64,000 bases of DNA from NCBI GenBank assembly GCA_049840735.1, contig JASGJN010000025.1, positions 97,793 through 161,792 of the forward strand, read 5' to 3'. The position numbers were made by a program, and so were the translations under genes. The notes beneath the pieces are model-generated. The model was given only the letters and a program-made list of their open reading frames with translations. It was not told the origin of the DNA and did no database searches. Below are positions 1-9,548 of this stretch, piece by piece (positions within the stretch are counted from its first letter, which is position 1; each line of letters begins with the position of its first letter). The stretch comes from Anaeromyxobacter sp. Lineage in GTDB: Bacteria > Myxococcota > Myxococcia > Myxococcales > Anaeromyxobacteraceae.

Positions 1-945
1 GCCGTGCCGCCCGGCCAGCAGAACTTCTTCATCCGTCGCGGCCGCATCAAGACGGTCTACGACGGCGACCTGACCCAGTACGTCCTGCAGCTCGACGCCA
101 CCCCGTCCGGCGTCGGCATCAAGGAGGGCTACGCGACCCTCAAGCTCCCCGCCGGCTTCGCGGTGGACGCCGGCCTCCAGCTCTTCCCCTTCGGCTACGA
201 GGTGCTGGTGCGCTCGTCCGCTGACCTCGACCTGCTCGAGCGCGCCCGCGTCACCCGCGCCTACCTGGGCGGTGAGTACGACCTGGGCGTGGCGCTCCGC
301 GGCGCGTACGGCCCGCTGAACTTCAAGGTCGGCGTCTTCAACGGCAACGGCATCGACGCCAAGACCTCCGGCCTCGACAACGACCAGCTCAAGGACGTGA
401 TCGGCCGCATCGGTCTCGACTTCGGCATGGTCACCGGCGGCGTCTCCGGCTGGTACGGCAAGACCCGCAACTACTCCTCGCTCGCCGCCACCGAGCCCAG
501 CGACCCGCAGGACTACGACCGCAAGCGCCTCGGCGCCGACCTGCAGGTCTTCCTCGACCTGCTGCCCATCGGCGGCACCGCCCTCAAGGGCGAGTACATC
601 ATGGGCACCACCACCATCAGCGACAAGAACGGCGGCGCCGGCGACCTGCTGGGCAAGAAGGGCAACGGCTGGTACGGCCTCCTCACCCAGAACGTCGGCT
701 CCTGGAACCAGGTGGCGGTCCGCTTCGAGGAGTTCACCCCGGACAAGGAGGTGGACCTCTCCGGCGACACCAACACCAAGGTGAAGACCCAGCAGGAGCT
801 GCAGGCCGCGGTTCACACCTTCATCGGCGGCAACTACAAGCTGTCCCTGGCCTACTTCCACCCGCTGAACGGCGACAAGGGCGCCGCCGCGCCGTCGGAT
901 CCCAAGACCGACCAGTTCATCGTCCAGGCCCAGGCCAAGTTCTAG
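1..945 (+). CDS. Phosphate-selective porin (OprO/OprP-like), 5' truncated
   Basis: Beta-barrel-like alternating pattern, 'FFIRRGRIK' and 'GVFNGNG' motifs, C-terminal Phe (QAQAKF); lies directly upstream of pstS. Confidence 0.75.
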   Translation, partial: AVPPGQQNFFIRRGRIKTVYDGDLTQYVLQLDATPSGVGIKEGYATLKLPAGFAVDAGLQLFPFGYEVLVRSSADLDLLERARVTRAYLGGEYDLGVALRGAYGPLNFKVGVFNGNGIDAKTSGLDNDQLKDVIGRIGLDFGMVTGGVSGWYGKTRNYSSLAATEPSDPQDYDRKRLGADLQVFLDLLPIGGTALKGEYIMGTTTISDKNGGAGDLLGKKGNGWYGLLTQNVGSWNQVAVRFEEFTPDKEVDLSGDTNTKVKTQQELQAAVHTFIGGNYKLSLAYFHPLNGDKGAAAPSDPKTDQFIVQAQAKF

Positions 946-980
946 AGCCCACACAGACAGAGAAAGAGGAGCAACGACCC

Positions 981-1793
981 ATGAAGCGCATCCTGCTCGC
1001 CCTCGCCGCCGCCGCGCTGCCGCTGTTCGCCAGCGCCGCCACCACGGTCAAGGGCTCCGACACGATGGTGATCCTCGCCCAGCGCTGGGCCGAGGAGTAC
1101 ATGAAGTCCAACCCCGGCAAGAAGGTGCAGGTCACCGGCGGCGGCTCCGGCGTGGGCATCGCCGCGCTGATCAACGGCACCACCGACATCGCCAACTCGT
1201 CCCGGTCCATCAAGGGCGACGAGAAGGCCAAGGTGCGCGACCGCTACAGCGTGCTGCCCACCGAGACTGCCGTGGCCAAGGACGGCGTCACGGTCTACGT
1301 GCACGAGTCCAACCCGGTCGCGCAGCTCACCACCGACCAGCTCCGCGGCATCTTCAACGGCGACATCACCAACTGGAAGGAGGTGGGCGGCCCGGACGCG
1401 AAGATCGCGCTCTACTCCCGCGAGAACTCCTCCGGCACCTACGTCTTCTTCAAGGAGCACGTGCTCCAGGGCGACGACTACGCCCCGCAGGCCCAGACGC
1501 TGCCCGGCACCGCCGCGGTGGTGAACGCGGTGGCCAAGGAGAAGCTCGGGATCGGCTACGGCGGCGCCGCCTACGCCAAGGGGGTGAGGGAGGTGAAGGT
1601 CGTCGCCAAGGACGGCCAGGCCTACCTGCCCACCGCCGAGAACATCGCCGCCAACAAGTACCCGCTGGCCCGCCCGCTCTTCATGTACACGCGCGGCAAG
1701 CCGAGCGGCGAGGCGGCCGACTTCATCCGGTACTGCCTCTCCCCCGAGGGGCAGGCCCTGGTGAGCAAGGTCGGGTACTTCCCGGTCAAGTGA
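981..1793 (+). CDS. pstS: Phosphate ABC transporter substrate-binding protein
   Basis: Signal peptide; KGSDT, GGGSGVG, SRENSSGT and YPLARPLFMY motifs; AGGAG RBS. Confidence 0.95.
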   Translation: MKRILLALAAAALPLFASAATTVKGSDTMVILAQRWAEEYMKSNPGKKVQVTGGGSGVGIAALINGTTDIANSSRSIKGDEKAKVRDRYSVLPTETAVAKDGVTVYVHESNPVAQLTTDQLRGIFNGDITNWKEVGGPDAKIALYSRENSSGTYVFFKEHVLQGDDYAPQAQTLPGTAAVVNAVAKEKLGIGYGGAAYAKGVREVKVVAKDGQAYLPTAENIAANKYPLARPLFMYTRGKPSGEAADFIRYCLSPEGQALVSKVGYFPVK

Positions 1794-1795
1794 CG

Positions 1796-1835
1796 GCGTA
1801 ACGCGTCTGTCACACAGCCGCCACCCGGGTGCAAC
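1796..1835 (+). promoter_or_regulatory. Putative Pho-box array between pstS and pstC
   Basis: Four heptamers at an 11-bp period: GCGTAAC (1796), CTGTCAC (1807), CCGCCAC (1818), GTGCAAC (1829), resembling the CTGTCAT/CTGTAAC half-site. Confidence 0.45.
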
Positions 1836-1840
1836 GCGCC

Positions 1841-2857
1841 ATGACTAGAACAGCGCCCGTGCAGGTGGCCATCGAACAGCAAGCGGAGGCCGGGGCGGCG
1901 CGCCCCTCCTCCGCCATCCGGCGGCGGCAGCTCCGGGAGACGGGCATCGCGGCGGTGATCACCGCCGTGGCCCTCACCGGGATCGCCGCCGTCATCCTGA
2001 TCTTCGTCTTCGTGGGGCGAGAGGCCCTGCCCCTCCTCACCTCGCACGAGGTGCGGGAGGAGGTGGACTTCACGCGGATGTTCCTGCCCCAGGTCTGGCG
2101 GGCGGGGCGCGCGGCCACCTACGTCTGGCAGCCGGTCAGCTCGGTCCCCAAGTACTCGATGATCCCGCTCTTCGTCGGGACGCTCAAGGTGACCGCGGTG
2201 GCCATGCTGATCTCGGTCCCGGTCGGCATCGCCGCGGCCCTCTTCACCTCCGAGTTCGCCCCGCGCCGCGTGCGCGAGGTGCTCAAGCCCACCATCGAGC
2301 TGCTGGCCGGCATCCCCTCGGTGGTGGTCGGCTTCTTCGCCCTGGTGGTGCTGGCGAGCTGGCTGCAGACCACCTTCGGCTTTTCCTTCCGCCTCAACGC
2401 GGTGGTGGCCGGCGTCGGGCTGGCGCTGGCGGTGGTCCCGGTCATCTTCACGGTGAGCGAGGACGCGCTGGCGGCGGTCCCGCGCGCCTACCGCGAGGCC
2501 TCGCTGGCGCTGGGCGCGACGAAGTGGGAGACGGCCTACAAGGTGGTGCTGCCGGCGGCCGCCCCGGGCGTCCTGGCCGCCGTGGTGCTGGGCTTCGGCC
2601 GCTCCATCGGCGAGACCATGATCGTCCTGATGGCCTCGGGGAACGCGGCCATCACCTCCTGGTCGCTGGGAGAGTCGGTCCGCACGCTCCCCGCCACCAT
2701 CGCCGCCGAGATGGGCGAGGTGGTCTTCGGCGGCACGCACTACTCGGTCCTCTTCTTCATCGGCGTGGAGCTGTTCCTCTTCACCTTCGTCCTGAACGCG
2801 CTCGCCACCTGGTCGGTCCGCCGGCTGGTGCGCCGCATGTCCGGAGCCAGCGCGTGA
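1841..2857 (+). CDS. pstC: Phosphate ABC transporter permease
   Basis: [21 protein letters not shown] and GRSIGETM motifs; multiple TM helices. Confidence 0.95.
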   Translation: MTRTAPVQVAIEQQAEAGAARPSSAIRRRQLRETGIAAVITAVALTGIAAVILIFVFVGREALPLLTSHEVREEVDFTRMFLPQVWRAGRAATYVWQPVSSVPKYSMIPLFVGTLKVTAVAMLISVPVGIAAALFTSEFAPRRVREVLKPTIELLAGIPSVVVGFFALVVLASWLQTTFGFSFRLNAVVAGVGLALAVVPVIFTVSEDALAAVPRAYREASLALGATKWETAYKVVLPAAAPGVLAAVVLGFGRSIGETMIVLMASGNAAITSWSLGESVRTLPATIAAEMGEVVFGGTHYSVLFFIGVELFLFTFVLNALATWSVRRLVRRMSGASA

Positions 2858-3769
2858 GCGTGGGGGCCCGCAGAGATCGTCGGGACCGGCCTGACCTGGG
2901 TCACCGGCGCGGCCGCGCTGCTGGTGGTGGGGATGCTGGCGCTGATCCTCTGGGACGTGGTGAAGGGTGGCGCCGGCCGGCTGAGCTGGGAGTTCCTCAC
3001 CGCCGCGCCCTCGGAGGGCATGACCCAGGGCGGCATCTTCCCGGCCATCTACGGCACGGCGGTGATGACGCTATTGATGACGGTGGCGGTCATGCCGGTG
3101 GGCGTGGCCACGGCCGTCTACCTGCACGAGTACGCCTCCCCGCGCTCGCGGCTGGCGGAGCTGGTGCGGGTGGCGGTGACCAACCTGGCCGGCGTGCCAT
3201 CCATCGTCTTCGGCCTCTTCGGCCTGGGCTTCTTCATCCAGTTCGTGGGGCGCGGGCTGGACTCGGTCCTCTCCGAGCCGGGCACCATCGCCTACGGCAA
3301 GCCCTCGCTGATCTGGGCGGCGCTCACGCTGGCGGTGCTGACGCTGCCGGTGGTGATCGTCTCCACCGAGGAGGCGCTCCGCGCCGTGCCGCGCGAGCTG
3401 CGCGACGCCAGCCTGGCGCTGGGCGCCACCAAGTCGCAGACGCTGGCCCGGGTGGTGATCCCCGGGGCGCTGCCGGGCATCCTCACCGGCGCCATCCTGG
3501 CGGTGGCGCGCGGCGCGGGCGAGGTGGCGCCCATCCTCTTCACCGGGGTGGCCTACTTCCTGCCGGAGCTGCCCGGCTCCCCGCTCCAGCAGTTCATGCA
3601 CCTCGGCTACCACGTCTACGTGCTGGCCACGCAGTCGCCGGACGTGGAGGCCACCCTGCCGCTCCTCTACGCCACGGTGCTGGTGCTGCTGGCGCTCACC
3701 TTCGCCCTCAACCTGATGGCCATCGCCATCCGCACCCGCACCCGGCGCAAGGCCGAAGGCGCCCACTGA
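2854..3769 (+). CDS. pstA: Phosphate ABC transporter permease (apparent 1-nt frameshift near 2872)
   Basis: [24 protein letters not shown] and ARGAGEVAP motifs. GTG at 2854 overlaps the pstC stop; the frame joins after removing one base near 2872. Confidence 0.93.
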
Positions 3770-3770
3770 C

Positions 3771-4559
3771 ATGCAACCGTCCACCCAGCCCCCCGCCGCC
3801 CCGGCGACGCCCAAGATGGAGACGCGCAGCCTCTTCATCCGCTACGGCCAGAAGGCCGCGGTGAAGGACGTCTCCATCCGGCTCCCCGAGCGCCAGGTCA
3901 CGGCGCTGATCGGGCCCTCAGGCTGCGGGAAGTCCACCTTCCTGCGCTCGCTCAATCGGATGAACGAGCTCATCCCGGGGGCGAGCTTCGAGGGCACCAT
4001 CCTGCTCGACGGCCGCTCCATCCTGGAGCGCCACCTGGACGCGGTCGAGCTGCGCCGCCGCGTGGGCATGGTGTTCCAGAAGTCCAACCCCTTCCCCAAG
4101 TCCATCTTCGAGAACGTGGCCTACGGGATGCGGGTGGGCGGCGTCCGCGAAAAGCAGCTGATCCAGGAGCGGGTGGAGCGCTCGCTCCAGGCGGCGGCCA
4201 TCTGGGACGAGGTGAAGGACCGGCTGGGCGAGAGCGCCCTGGGCCTCTCCGGCGGCCAGCAGCAGCGGCTCTGCATCGCCCGCGCGCTGGCGGTCGAGCC
4301 GGAGGTGCTGCTGATGGACGAGCCGGCCTCCGCGCTCGACCCCATCGCCACGGCCAAGATCGAGGACCTGATCCACGAGCTGAAGGCGCGCTACACCATC
4401 GTCATCGTGACCCACAACATGCAGCAGGCGGCCCGCGTCTCGGACCAGACGGCCTTCTTCTACATGGGCAATCTCATCGAGGTGGGCTCGACCGAGCAGA
4501 TCTTCACCAACCCCCGCGAGCAGCGGACCGAGGACTACGTCACCGGCAAGTTCGGGTAG
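3771..4559 (+). CDS. pstB: Phosphate ABC transporter ATP-binding protein
   Basis: [32 protein letters not shown]; ends YVTGKFG. Confidence 0.97.
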   Translation: MQPSTQPPAAPATPKMETRSLFIRYGQKAAVKDVSIRLPERQVTALIGPSGCGKSTFLRSLNRMNELIPGASFEGTILLDGRSILERHLDAVELRRRVGMVFQKSNPFPKSIFENVAYGMRVGGVREKQLIQERVERSLQAAAIWDEVKDRLGESALGLSGGQQQRLCIARALAVEPEVLLMDEPASALDPIATAKIEDLIHELKARYTIVIVTHNMQQAARVSDQTAFFYMGNLIEVGSTEQIFTNPREQRTEDYVTGKFG

Positions 4560-4643
4560 CATCGGACGGCGCTGCAAGACGATCGGGTGGGGGCCCCGGC
4601 GACAGCCGGGAGGGGGTGCAACCCCCGCAAGGAGAACCAGCGC

Positions 4644-5321
4644 ATGGCGAGCACGCACACTGACAAGTCCTACGAGAAGGAGCTGACCTCGCTCCGCGAG
4701 CGGCTGCTGGAGATGGGCGGCCTGGTGGAGCAGGCCATCTCCGACTCCGTCCGGGCCATGACCGAGCGGAACTCGGACCTGGCGGAGGGGGTGAAGCACA
4801 AGGACCGGGTCATCAACCGGATGGAGGTGGACATCGACGGCGCCTGCCGCCGCATCCTGGCGCTGCGCCAGCCGGCCGCCTCCGACCTGCGCTTCATCAC
4901 CACCGCGCTCAAGATCGTCACCGACCTGGAGCGGATGGGCGACCTGGCCGTCAACGTGGCCGAGCGCGCGCTGGACCTGAACCAGTCCCCGGCCATGGGG
5001 CCGATGCACGACATCGCCAAGCTGGCCGACCTCTCGCAGGAGCAGCTCAAGCGCGCCCTCGACGCCTTCGTCACCCGCGACGTGGCCAAGGCCGAGGAAG
5101 TCCTGAAGGGCGACGAGCTGCTCGACGCGCTCTACCTCAAGATCTTCAACGCCCTGCTGGCCATCATGATGGAGGACTCCCGCGCCATCCGCCGGGCCAC
5201 CTCGGTCATGTTCGTGGCCAAGCACCTGGAGCGCTTCGGCGACCACGCCACCAACCTGGCCGAGATGGTCATCTACATGGTGCGCGGCACGGACGTCCGG
5301 CATCCGAAGAGCCGGCTCTAG
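4644..5321 (+). CDS. phoU: Phosphate signalling complex protein
   Basis: LALRQPAASDLR, DLERMGD and LERFGDHATNLAE motifs; AGGAG RBS before ATG 4644. Confidence 0.96.
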   Translation: MASTHTDKSYEKELTSLRERLLEMGGLVEQAISDSVRAMTERNSDLAEGVKHKDRVINRMEVDIDGACRRILALRQPAASDLRFITTALKIVTDLERMGDLAVNVAERALDLNQSPAMGPMHDIAKLADLSQEQLKRALDAFVTRDVAKAEEVLKGDELLDALYLKIFNALLAIMMEDSRAIRRATSVMFVAKHLERFGDHATNLAEMVIYMVRGTDVRHPKSRL

Positions 5322-5323
5322 AG

Positions 5324-5353
5324 TAGGGGTCGCGTCCTTTCACATTACCCTTT
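5324..5353 (+). repeat. 30-bp direct repeat, copy 1
   Basis: TAGGGGTCGCGTCCTTTCACATTACCCTTT; one mismatch to the copy at 5794-5823. Confidence 0.9.
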
Positions 5354-5417
5354 ACCGTCCGGGCCGGCGAAGCCGCCCGAACCGCCGCTGGCGCAGCCCA
5401 CGGTCGCTTCGGCCCCC

Positions 5418-5468
5418 CCCGTTCGGCCTGAGCGTAGCCGCCGCGAAGCGGCGGCGGAGTCGAAGGCC
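5418..5468. repeat. REP-like palindromic intergenic element
   Basis: CCGTTCGGCCTGAGCGTAGCCGCCGCGAAGCGGCGGCGGAGTCGAAGGCC, with internal hairpin GCCGCCGC-GAA-GCGGCGGC. Confidence 0.55.
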
Positions 5469-5532
5469 AGGGATCCACGCGAGGCCAGCGCTGGGCGTCA
5501 TCCCCCCCGCCGCCTGCCCGCAGTGCGGTAGG

Positions 5533-5796
5533 ATGTGCACCTTCGCGCTGGTCGTCCGAATCACCCCGGAGCACGTGATGCACAATCCCATCGAGCTCGA
5601 GCTCCTGGTCCGCCACCTCGGCAAGGCGAAGGGGATCGAGCTGGTCCGGCTGTCGAAGCTGCCTGGCTCCCGCGAGCTGGCACCGGAGGCCTTCGTGGCC
5701 CTGGCCGCGGCGGTCGAGGGGTTCCCTGGGCTCTACGGCGACCCGGCGGAAGCCAGCCACGCGCTCGAGGACCTTCGGGAGCGTTTCCCGAACTAG
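5533..5796 (+). CDS. Small hypothetical protein between the direct repeats
   Basis: 87-aa ORF with normal composition; its TAG stop is the first three bases of repeat copy 2. Confidence 0.5.
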   Translation: MCTFALVVRITPEHVMHNPIELELLVRHLGKAKGIELVRLSKLPGSRELAPEAFVALAAAVEGFPGLYGDPAEASHALEDLRERFPN

Positions 5797-5823
5797 GGGT
5801 CGCGTCCTTCCACATTACCCTTT
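5794..5823 (+). repeat. 30-bp direct repeat, copy 2
   Basis: TAGGGGTCGCGTCCTTCCACATTACCCTTT. Confidence 0.9.
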
Positions 5824-5915
5824 CGGCCCTGCGGGGACGCTGCCGGCGTAGTCCCTCCGCGCCTGCGGCCGGCCGCTTCGCTCGGACGTCCTCGGCCCGC
5901 CTCGGGCCTCGTCCT

Positions 5916-6473
5916 TCACCGCGTCGTCGGCGTCGCCCCCTGCGTCGCGCCGGGGTTGGGGCTCCCGCCCGCGCCGCCGTTGTTGTTCCCGCCGGTGGTG
6001 GTCGTGGTGCTGCCAGTCGCGCCTGGCGTGGACGGCACGGCCGAGCTGCCGGGGCCGGTGGTGGCGCCGGGCGAGCCGGTCCCGGTGCCGCTCCCCGCCG
6101 CGTCCCCGGTCCCGGTGGCGCCGCCGCCCACCGGCACGCAGCGCACGCCGTTGGGCGCGTTGGTGGACGTGCCGGTGGTGTTGGTGGCGGACGACGAGGA
6201 GGAGGCGCTGCTGCCGGTGCCGGTGCTGTCGGCGGTTCCGGCGCCCACGCTCCCGGTCGACGAGTCGGGCATGGTGCCCGGCGGGCAGGTGCCGACGCTG
6301 CTGCCGGTGGTGGCGGTGGAGGTCCCGGGAGCGGTGCCGGTGCTGCCGGCCCCTGCCGTGCCGGTGCCTGTCCCGGGCGTTCCAGACGTCCCGGTGGTTC
6401 CACCACCGACCTGCGCGCTCGCCGGCAGCGCCAGCGCCGCAATCAACACTGCCCATGCCCAACGGTTCGCCAT
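5916..6473 (-). CDS. Secreted low-complexity Gly/Thr/Ser-rich protein
   Basis: Signal peptide MANRWAWAVLIAALALPASA; G/T/S-rich body with two Cys; GGAG RBS. Confidence 0.7.
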   Translation of the reverse strand: MANRWAWAVLIAALALPASAQVGGGTTGTSGTPGTGTGTAGAGSTGTAPGTSTATTGSSVGTCPPGTMPDSSTGSVGAGTADSTGTGSSASSSSSATNTTGTSTNAPNGVRCVPVGGGATGTGDAAGSGTGTGSPGATTGPGSSAVPSTPGATGSTTTTTGGNNNGGAGGSPNPGATQGATPTTR

Positions 6474-6526
6474 GGCTCCCTCCGTCCGGGAAGGGTGCGC
6501 ATGGGCGGGGCGCGAGGCCCGGCGCG

Positions 6527-7135
6527 TCAGTGGACCAGCAGGCGGGCGGCCAGGCCCGCCAGCACCCCGAGCGTCCCGCCGGCTGCCACGTCGAGCGGGT
6601 AGTGCGCGCCGAGGTAGACGCGCGAGAGGCCGATGCCGGTGGCGAGCAGCAGGAAGAGCGGCCCGAGGGCGAACGGCTCGCCGGCGAAGGCCACGGCCAC
6701 GGCGAAGGCGGCGGCGGTGTGGCCGGAGGGGAAGGAGAACTTGTCCGGGTTCTGCGCCAGCGCCTCGAAGCCGGCGATGGCGCTGTCCGGGCGGGCCCGG
6801 GTCAGGCTGCGCTTGAGCGCCTGCGAGGCCAGCGTGGCCAGGCCGGAGGCGGTGGCGAGGCGCAGGCCGAGGTGGACGCCCAGCTCGGTCATGGTGGCCA
6901 GGCAGGCCAGCCCGCCCACCGTCCAGCTGCTGGCGTCGCCCAGCCGCGTCAGGGTGCGGGCGACGAGGGTGCGGACGGGGTTGCGGTAGCGCTGGACGGC
7001 GACGAGGAGCGCCTCGTCGAAGGAGAGGATGCGCTGGAGCCGCCCGTGCTGGCGGACGACGACGACGCCCGCTTCGCCGTCGAGCTCGAACGACGCGCCG
7101 TCCGCGTCGAAGGTCGGGTTTCCTTGATCACCCAT
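6527..7135 (-). CDS. PAP2-family phosphatase
   Basis: KxxxxRxRP, SFPSGH and SRVYLGAHYPLDV motifs. Confidence 0.92.
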   Translation of the reverse strand: MGDQGNPTFDADGASFELDGEAGVVVVRQHGRLQRILSFDEALLVAVQRYRNPVRTLVARTLTRLGDASSWTVGGLACLATMTELGVHLGLRLATASGLATLASQALKRSLTRARPDSAIAGFEALAQNPDKFSFPSGHTAAAFAVAVAFAGEPFALGPLFLLLATGIGLSRVYLGAHYPLDVAAGGTLGVLAGLAARLLVH

Positions 7136-7920
7136 CGCTGCAGAGCCTGCTCCCCGGCCGTGCCAGCGGCGGGGCTCGTCTGCAACATCTGGGTGAACGG
7201 CCCATCGAGCAACGCCCCATAGGCGACGAACAGCTCGCCCGCCAGGTAGCGCGTGCCGCGCCGATCCTTGCCCCGCTTCACCCTGATGTGGGCGTTGGCC
7301 TTCGGGTCGGAGGGGCGGGACAGGTCCATGCGGATGCGCTCCACCCGCTTGCCGCGGTGGAGCAGGGTCACGGCGTCGCCGTCCACCGACTCGACCAGCG
7401 CCACGTGGGTGATGCCGTCGTCTACCTTGCCGTTGCGGTTCCGGTCGAAGGTGTCGTGGAAGAAGGCCAGGTCGCCGGGGCGCGGGTGGACGATCCGGGC
7501 GCTGGCGTCGAACATGCCCATCGAGCGCAGGGTCGAGGTCACCGGCACGACCTGGACGCCGCCTGCGCGGTAGGCGGCCAGGACGTAGCCGGAGCAGTCG
7601 AGCCGCACCGACTTGCCCACCACGTGCTGGGCCGCGGCCAGGATGCGCGCGCGCAGCTCCGCCAGCTCGGGCGGCTCCTCGAGCTCGGGGCCGGCCGGGG
7701 CCGGCTCACTGGGCGGCGGCGCGGCCTCGGCGGCGGTCGGCGGCGGCTCGACGGGCTCGGCCGGCGCCGCGGACGCGGGCGCGGCAGGCGTCGCCCCGGT
7801 CGCGTGCCCGACGTCGGCGGGCGGGCGGACCTGCGTCGTGGCGCAGGCGGAGAGCGAGCCGAGGAGGACCAGGGCCAGCGCAGCCAGCGCCGGCCGGGAG
7901 CGGGCGTCGGGCGTGCTCAC
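6949..7920 (-). CDS. NlpC/P60-family lipoprotein (true 3' end probably near 7130)
   Basis: Lipobox LSAC; DCSGYV, PGDLAFF and THVALV motifs. The tail overlapping the PAP2 gene is low-complexity and suspect. Confidence 0.85.
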   Translation of the reverse strand: MSTPDARSRPALAALALVLLGSLSACATTQVRPPADVGHATGATPAAPASAAPAEPVEPPPTAAEAAPPPSEPAPAGPELEEPPELAELRARILAAAQHVVGKSVRLDCSGYVLAAYRAGGVQVVPVTSTLRSMGMFDASARIVHPRPGDLAFFHDTFDRNRNGKVDDGITHVALVESVDGDAVTLLHRGKRVERIRMDLSRPSDPKANAHIRVKRGKDRRGTRYLAGELFVAYGALLDGPFTQMLQTSPAAGTAGEQALQRWVIKETRPSTRTARRSSSTAKRASSSSASTGGSSASSPSTRRSSSPSSATATPSAPSSPAP

Positions 7921-8558
7921 GCGGCCGCCCGCTCCGCGCTAGCCGGCCCCGCGGCCAGACGGGCCAGCTGCCGGTCCTGGAGGCGCGACAGCAGCAGCTG
8001 CGCCAGCAGCGCGCCGCACAGGGCCATGAACATGTCCCACTGCGTGTCCCAGGGGTCGCCCTGCGTGCCCAGGAACGCGTCGGCGCCGGCGCCCAGCAGC
8101 ACCGCGGCCAGCCACTCCACCAGCTCGTAGAGCGCCGAGATGGCCAGCGCCACGCTGGTCACCAGCGTGAACAGCCAGCCGCCGCGCCGCAGCGGCGAGG
8201 TGCGCAGCAGGACCTCGCGGGCCACCAGCGCCGGGACGAAGCCCTGGAAGAGGTGGCCGAGCCGGTCGTAGGGGTTGCGCGAGAGGCCGAGCACGTCCTT
8301 CACCCAGAAGCCGGCCGGCACCTCGGCGTAGGTCCAGTGACCGCCCACGCAGAGGACCATGGCGTGCAGCGCGATCAGCACGTACAGCACCGGCGTGAGC
8401 GGGAAGCGCTTCCGGGTGGCGAACAGGACCGGGAGCGCGACCAGGCCGGGCGCCACCTCCATCCACCAGGTGCTGCGCTCCTTCGGCGCCACGCCCGACC
8501 AGGCCAGCACGATCAGGACGGCGACGAGGAGGATGGCCTGGAGGCGCGTGAGCGTCAT
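7917..8558 (-). CDS. DUF2238-family inner membrane protein
   Basis: GGHWTYAEVP, RNPYDRLGH and FLGTQGDPWDTQWDM motifs; ATG at 8558. Confidence 0.9.
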   Translation of the reverse strand: MTLTRLQAILLVAVLIVLAWSGVAPKERSTWWMEVAPGLVALPVLFATRKRFPLTPVLYVLIALHAMVLCVGGHWTYAEVPAGFWVKDVLGLSRNPYDRLGHLFQGFVPALVAREVLLRTSPLRRGGWLFTLVTSVALAISALYELVEWLAAVLLGAGADAFLGTQGDPWDTQWDMFMALCGALLAQLLLSRLQDRQLARLAAGPASAERAAA

Positions 8559-9530
8559 CGGCGGGCGAGCTCCTGGAGGAGGGAGGCGTCCACCATACCC
8601 GAAAGCTCGCCGGGTGGGGCGAACCCGAGCGCCTGCGCGTGCCTGGCCATCTGCACCACCTGTGTGGGCATGGGCATCCCGGGTGGGCTCGAGGCGCGTG
8701 AAGGCGTCGGCCACGATCTCGTCGGGGAGCCGCTTCCCGGCCGCGCGCTGCAGCCCGTCGTTCACCGCGCGCGCGAAGGCGCGCGGGTCCTGCGCCCAGC
8801 GCGCGGTGAGCGCCAGGTGCGCCTGCAAGAGCCGCCGCACGTCCTCGCGCCGCTCGCGCAGCGCGCGCGTCGAGGCCACCAGCACGGTGGTGGGGAAGGC
8901 GCCGCCGGGCCAGAGCGTCCGCTCGTCCACCAGGATCCGCCCCCGCCCCTCCGCCACCAGCCGCGAGGCCCACGGCTCCGGCACCCAGGCCCCGGCCAGC
9001 TGGCCGCGCACGAAGAGCGAGAGGATGTCGGCGTTGGCGAGCGGCGTGACCCGCACCTGGTCCGGCCCTTCGCCGTCCTCCAGCCCCTGCGCGTGCAGCC
9101 AGGTGCGGAGCGCCACGTCCTGCGTGTTGCCCAGCTGCGGCGACGCCACCCGCTGCCCGCGCAGCGCGGCCGGCGAGTCCACGCCGGCGCGCACCACCAG
9201 GGAGGCGCCGCCCGACGCGGCCCCGGCGATGATGCGCAGCGCCTCGCCGTGCGTGCGCAGGTAGGCGATGGCGGCCGGCCCCGGGCCCACGTAGGCCACG
9301 TCGAGATCGCCCGAGAGCAGCGCCTCCATCTCGGCCGGCCCGGCGTTGAAGAGCCTGACCTGGAGGCGGCCGTCCACGGCGCGCGCCAGCGTGCCGTCGG
9401 CCACGCCGGCCAGCGCCTGCGCGTGGGTCAGGTTGGGGAAGTGGCCCAGCCGCAGCGGCCCCCCGGGGCCGGGATCGCGCCGGCAGGCCGCCGCAGCGGC
9501 GAGCGTGAGCAGCACCAGCAACCGTCGCAT
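8555..9530 (-). CDS. SsuA/NrtA-like ABC substrate-binding lipoprotein (frameshift near 8675)
   Basis: LGHFPNLTHAQ, PQLGNTQDVALR and WVPEPWASR motifs. The C-terminus continues in another frame (…GMVDASLLQELARR*) and its stop overlaps the DUF2238 ATG. Confidence 0.85.
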
Positions 9531-9548
9531 GCAGATCCTCCGGCGGCG

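Noticed and set aside
7917..9530. 537-aa fusion of an ABC binding protein and DUF2238
   Set aside because: A frameshift near 8675 explains it: the binding-protein tail continues in another frame and stops at an ATGA overlap with the DUF2238 start.
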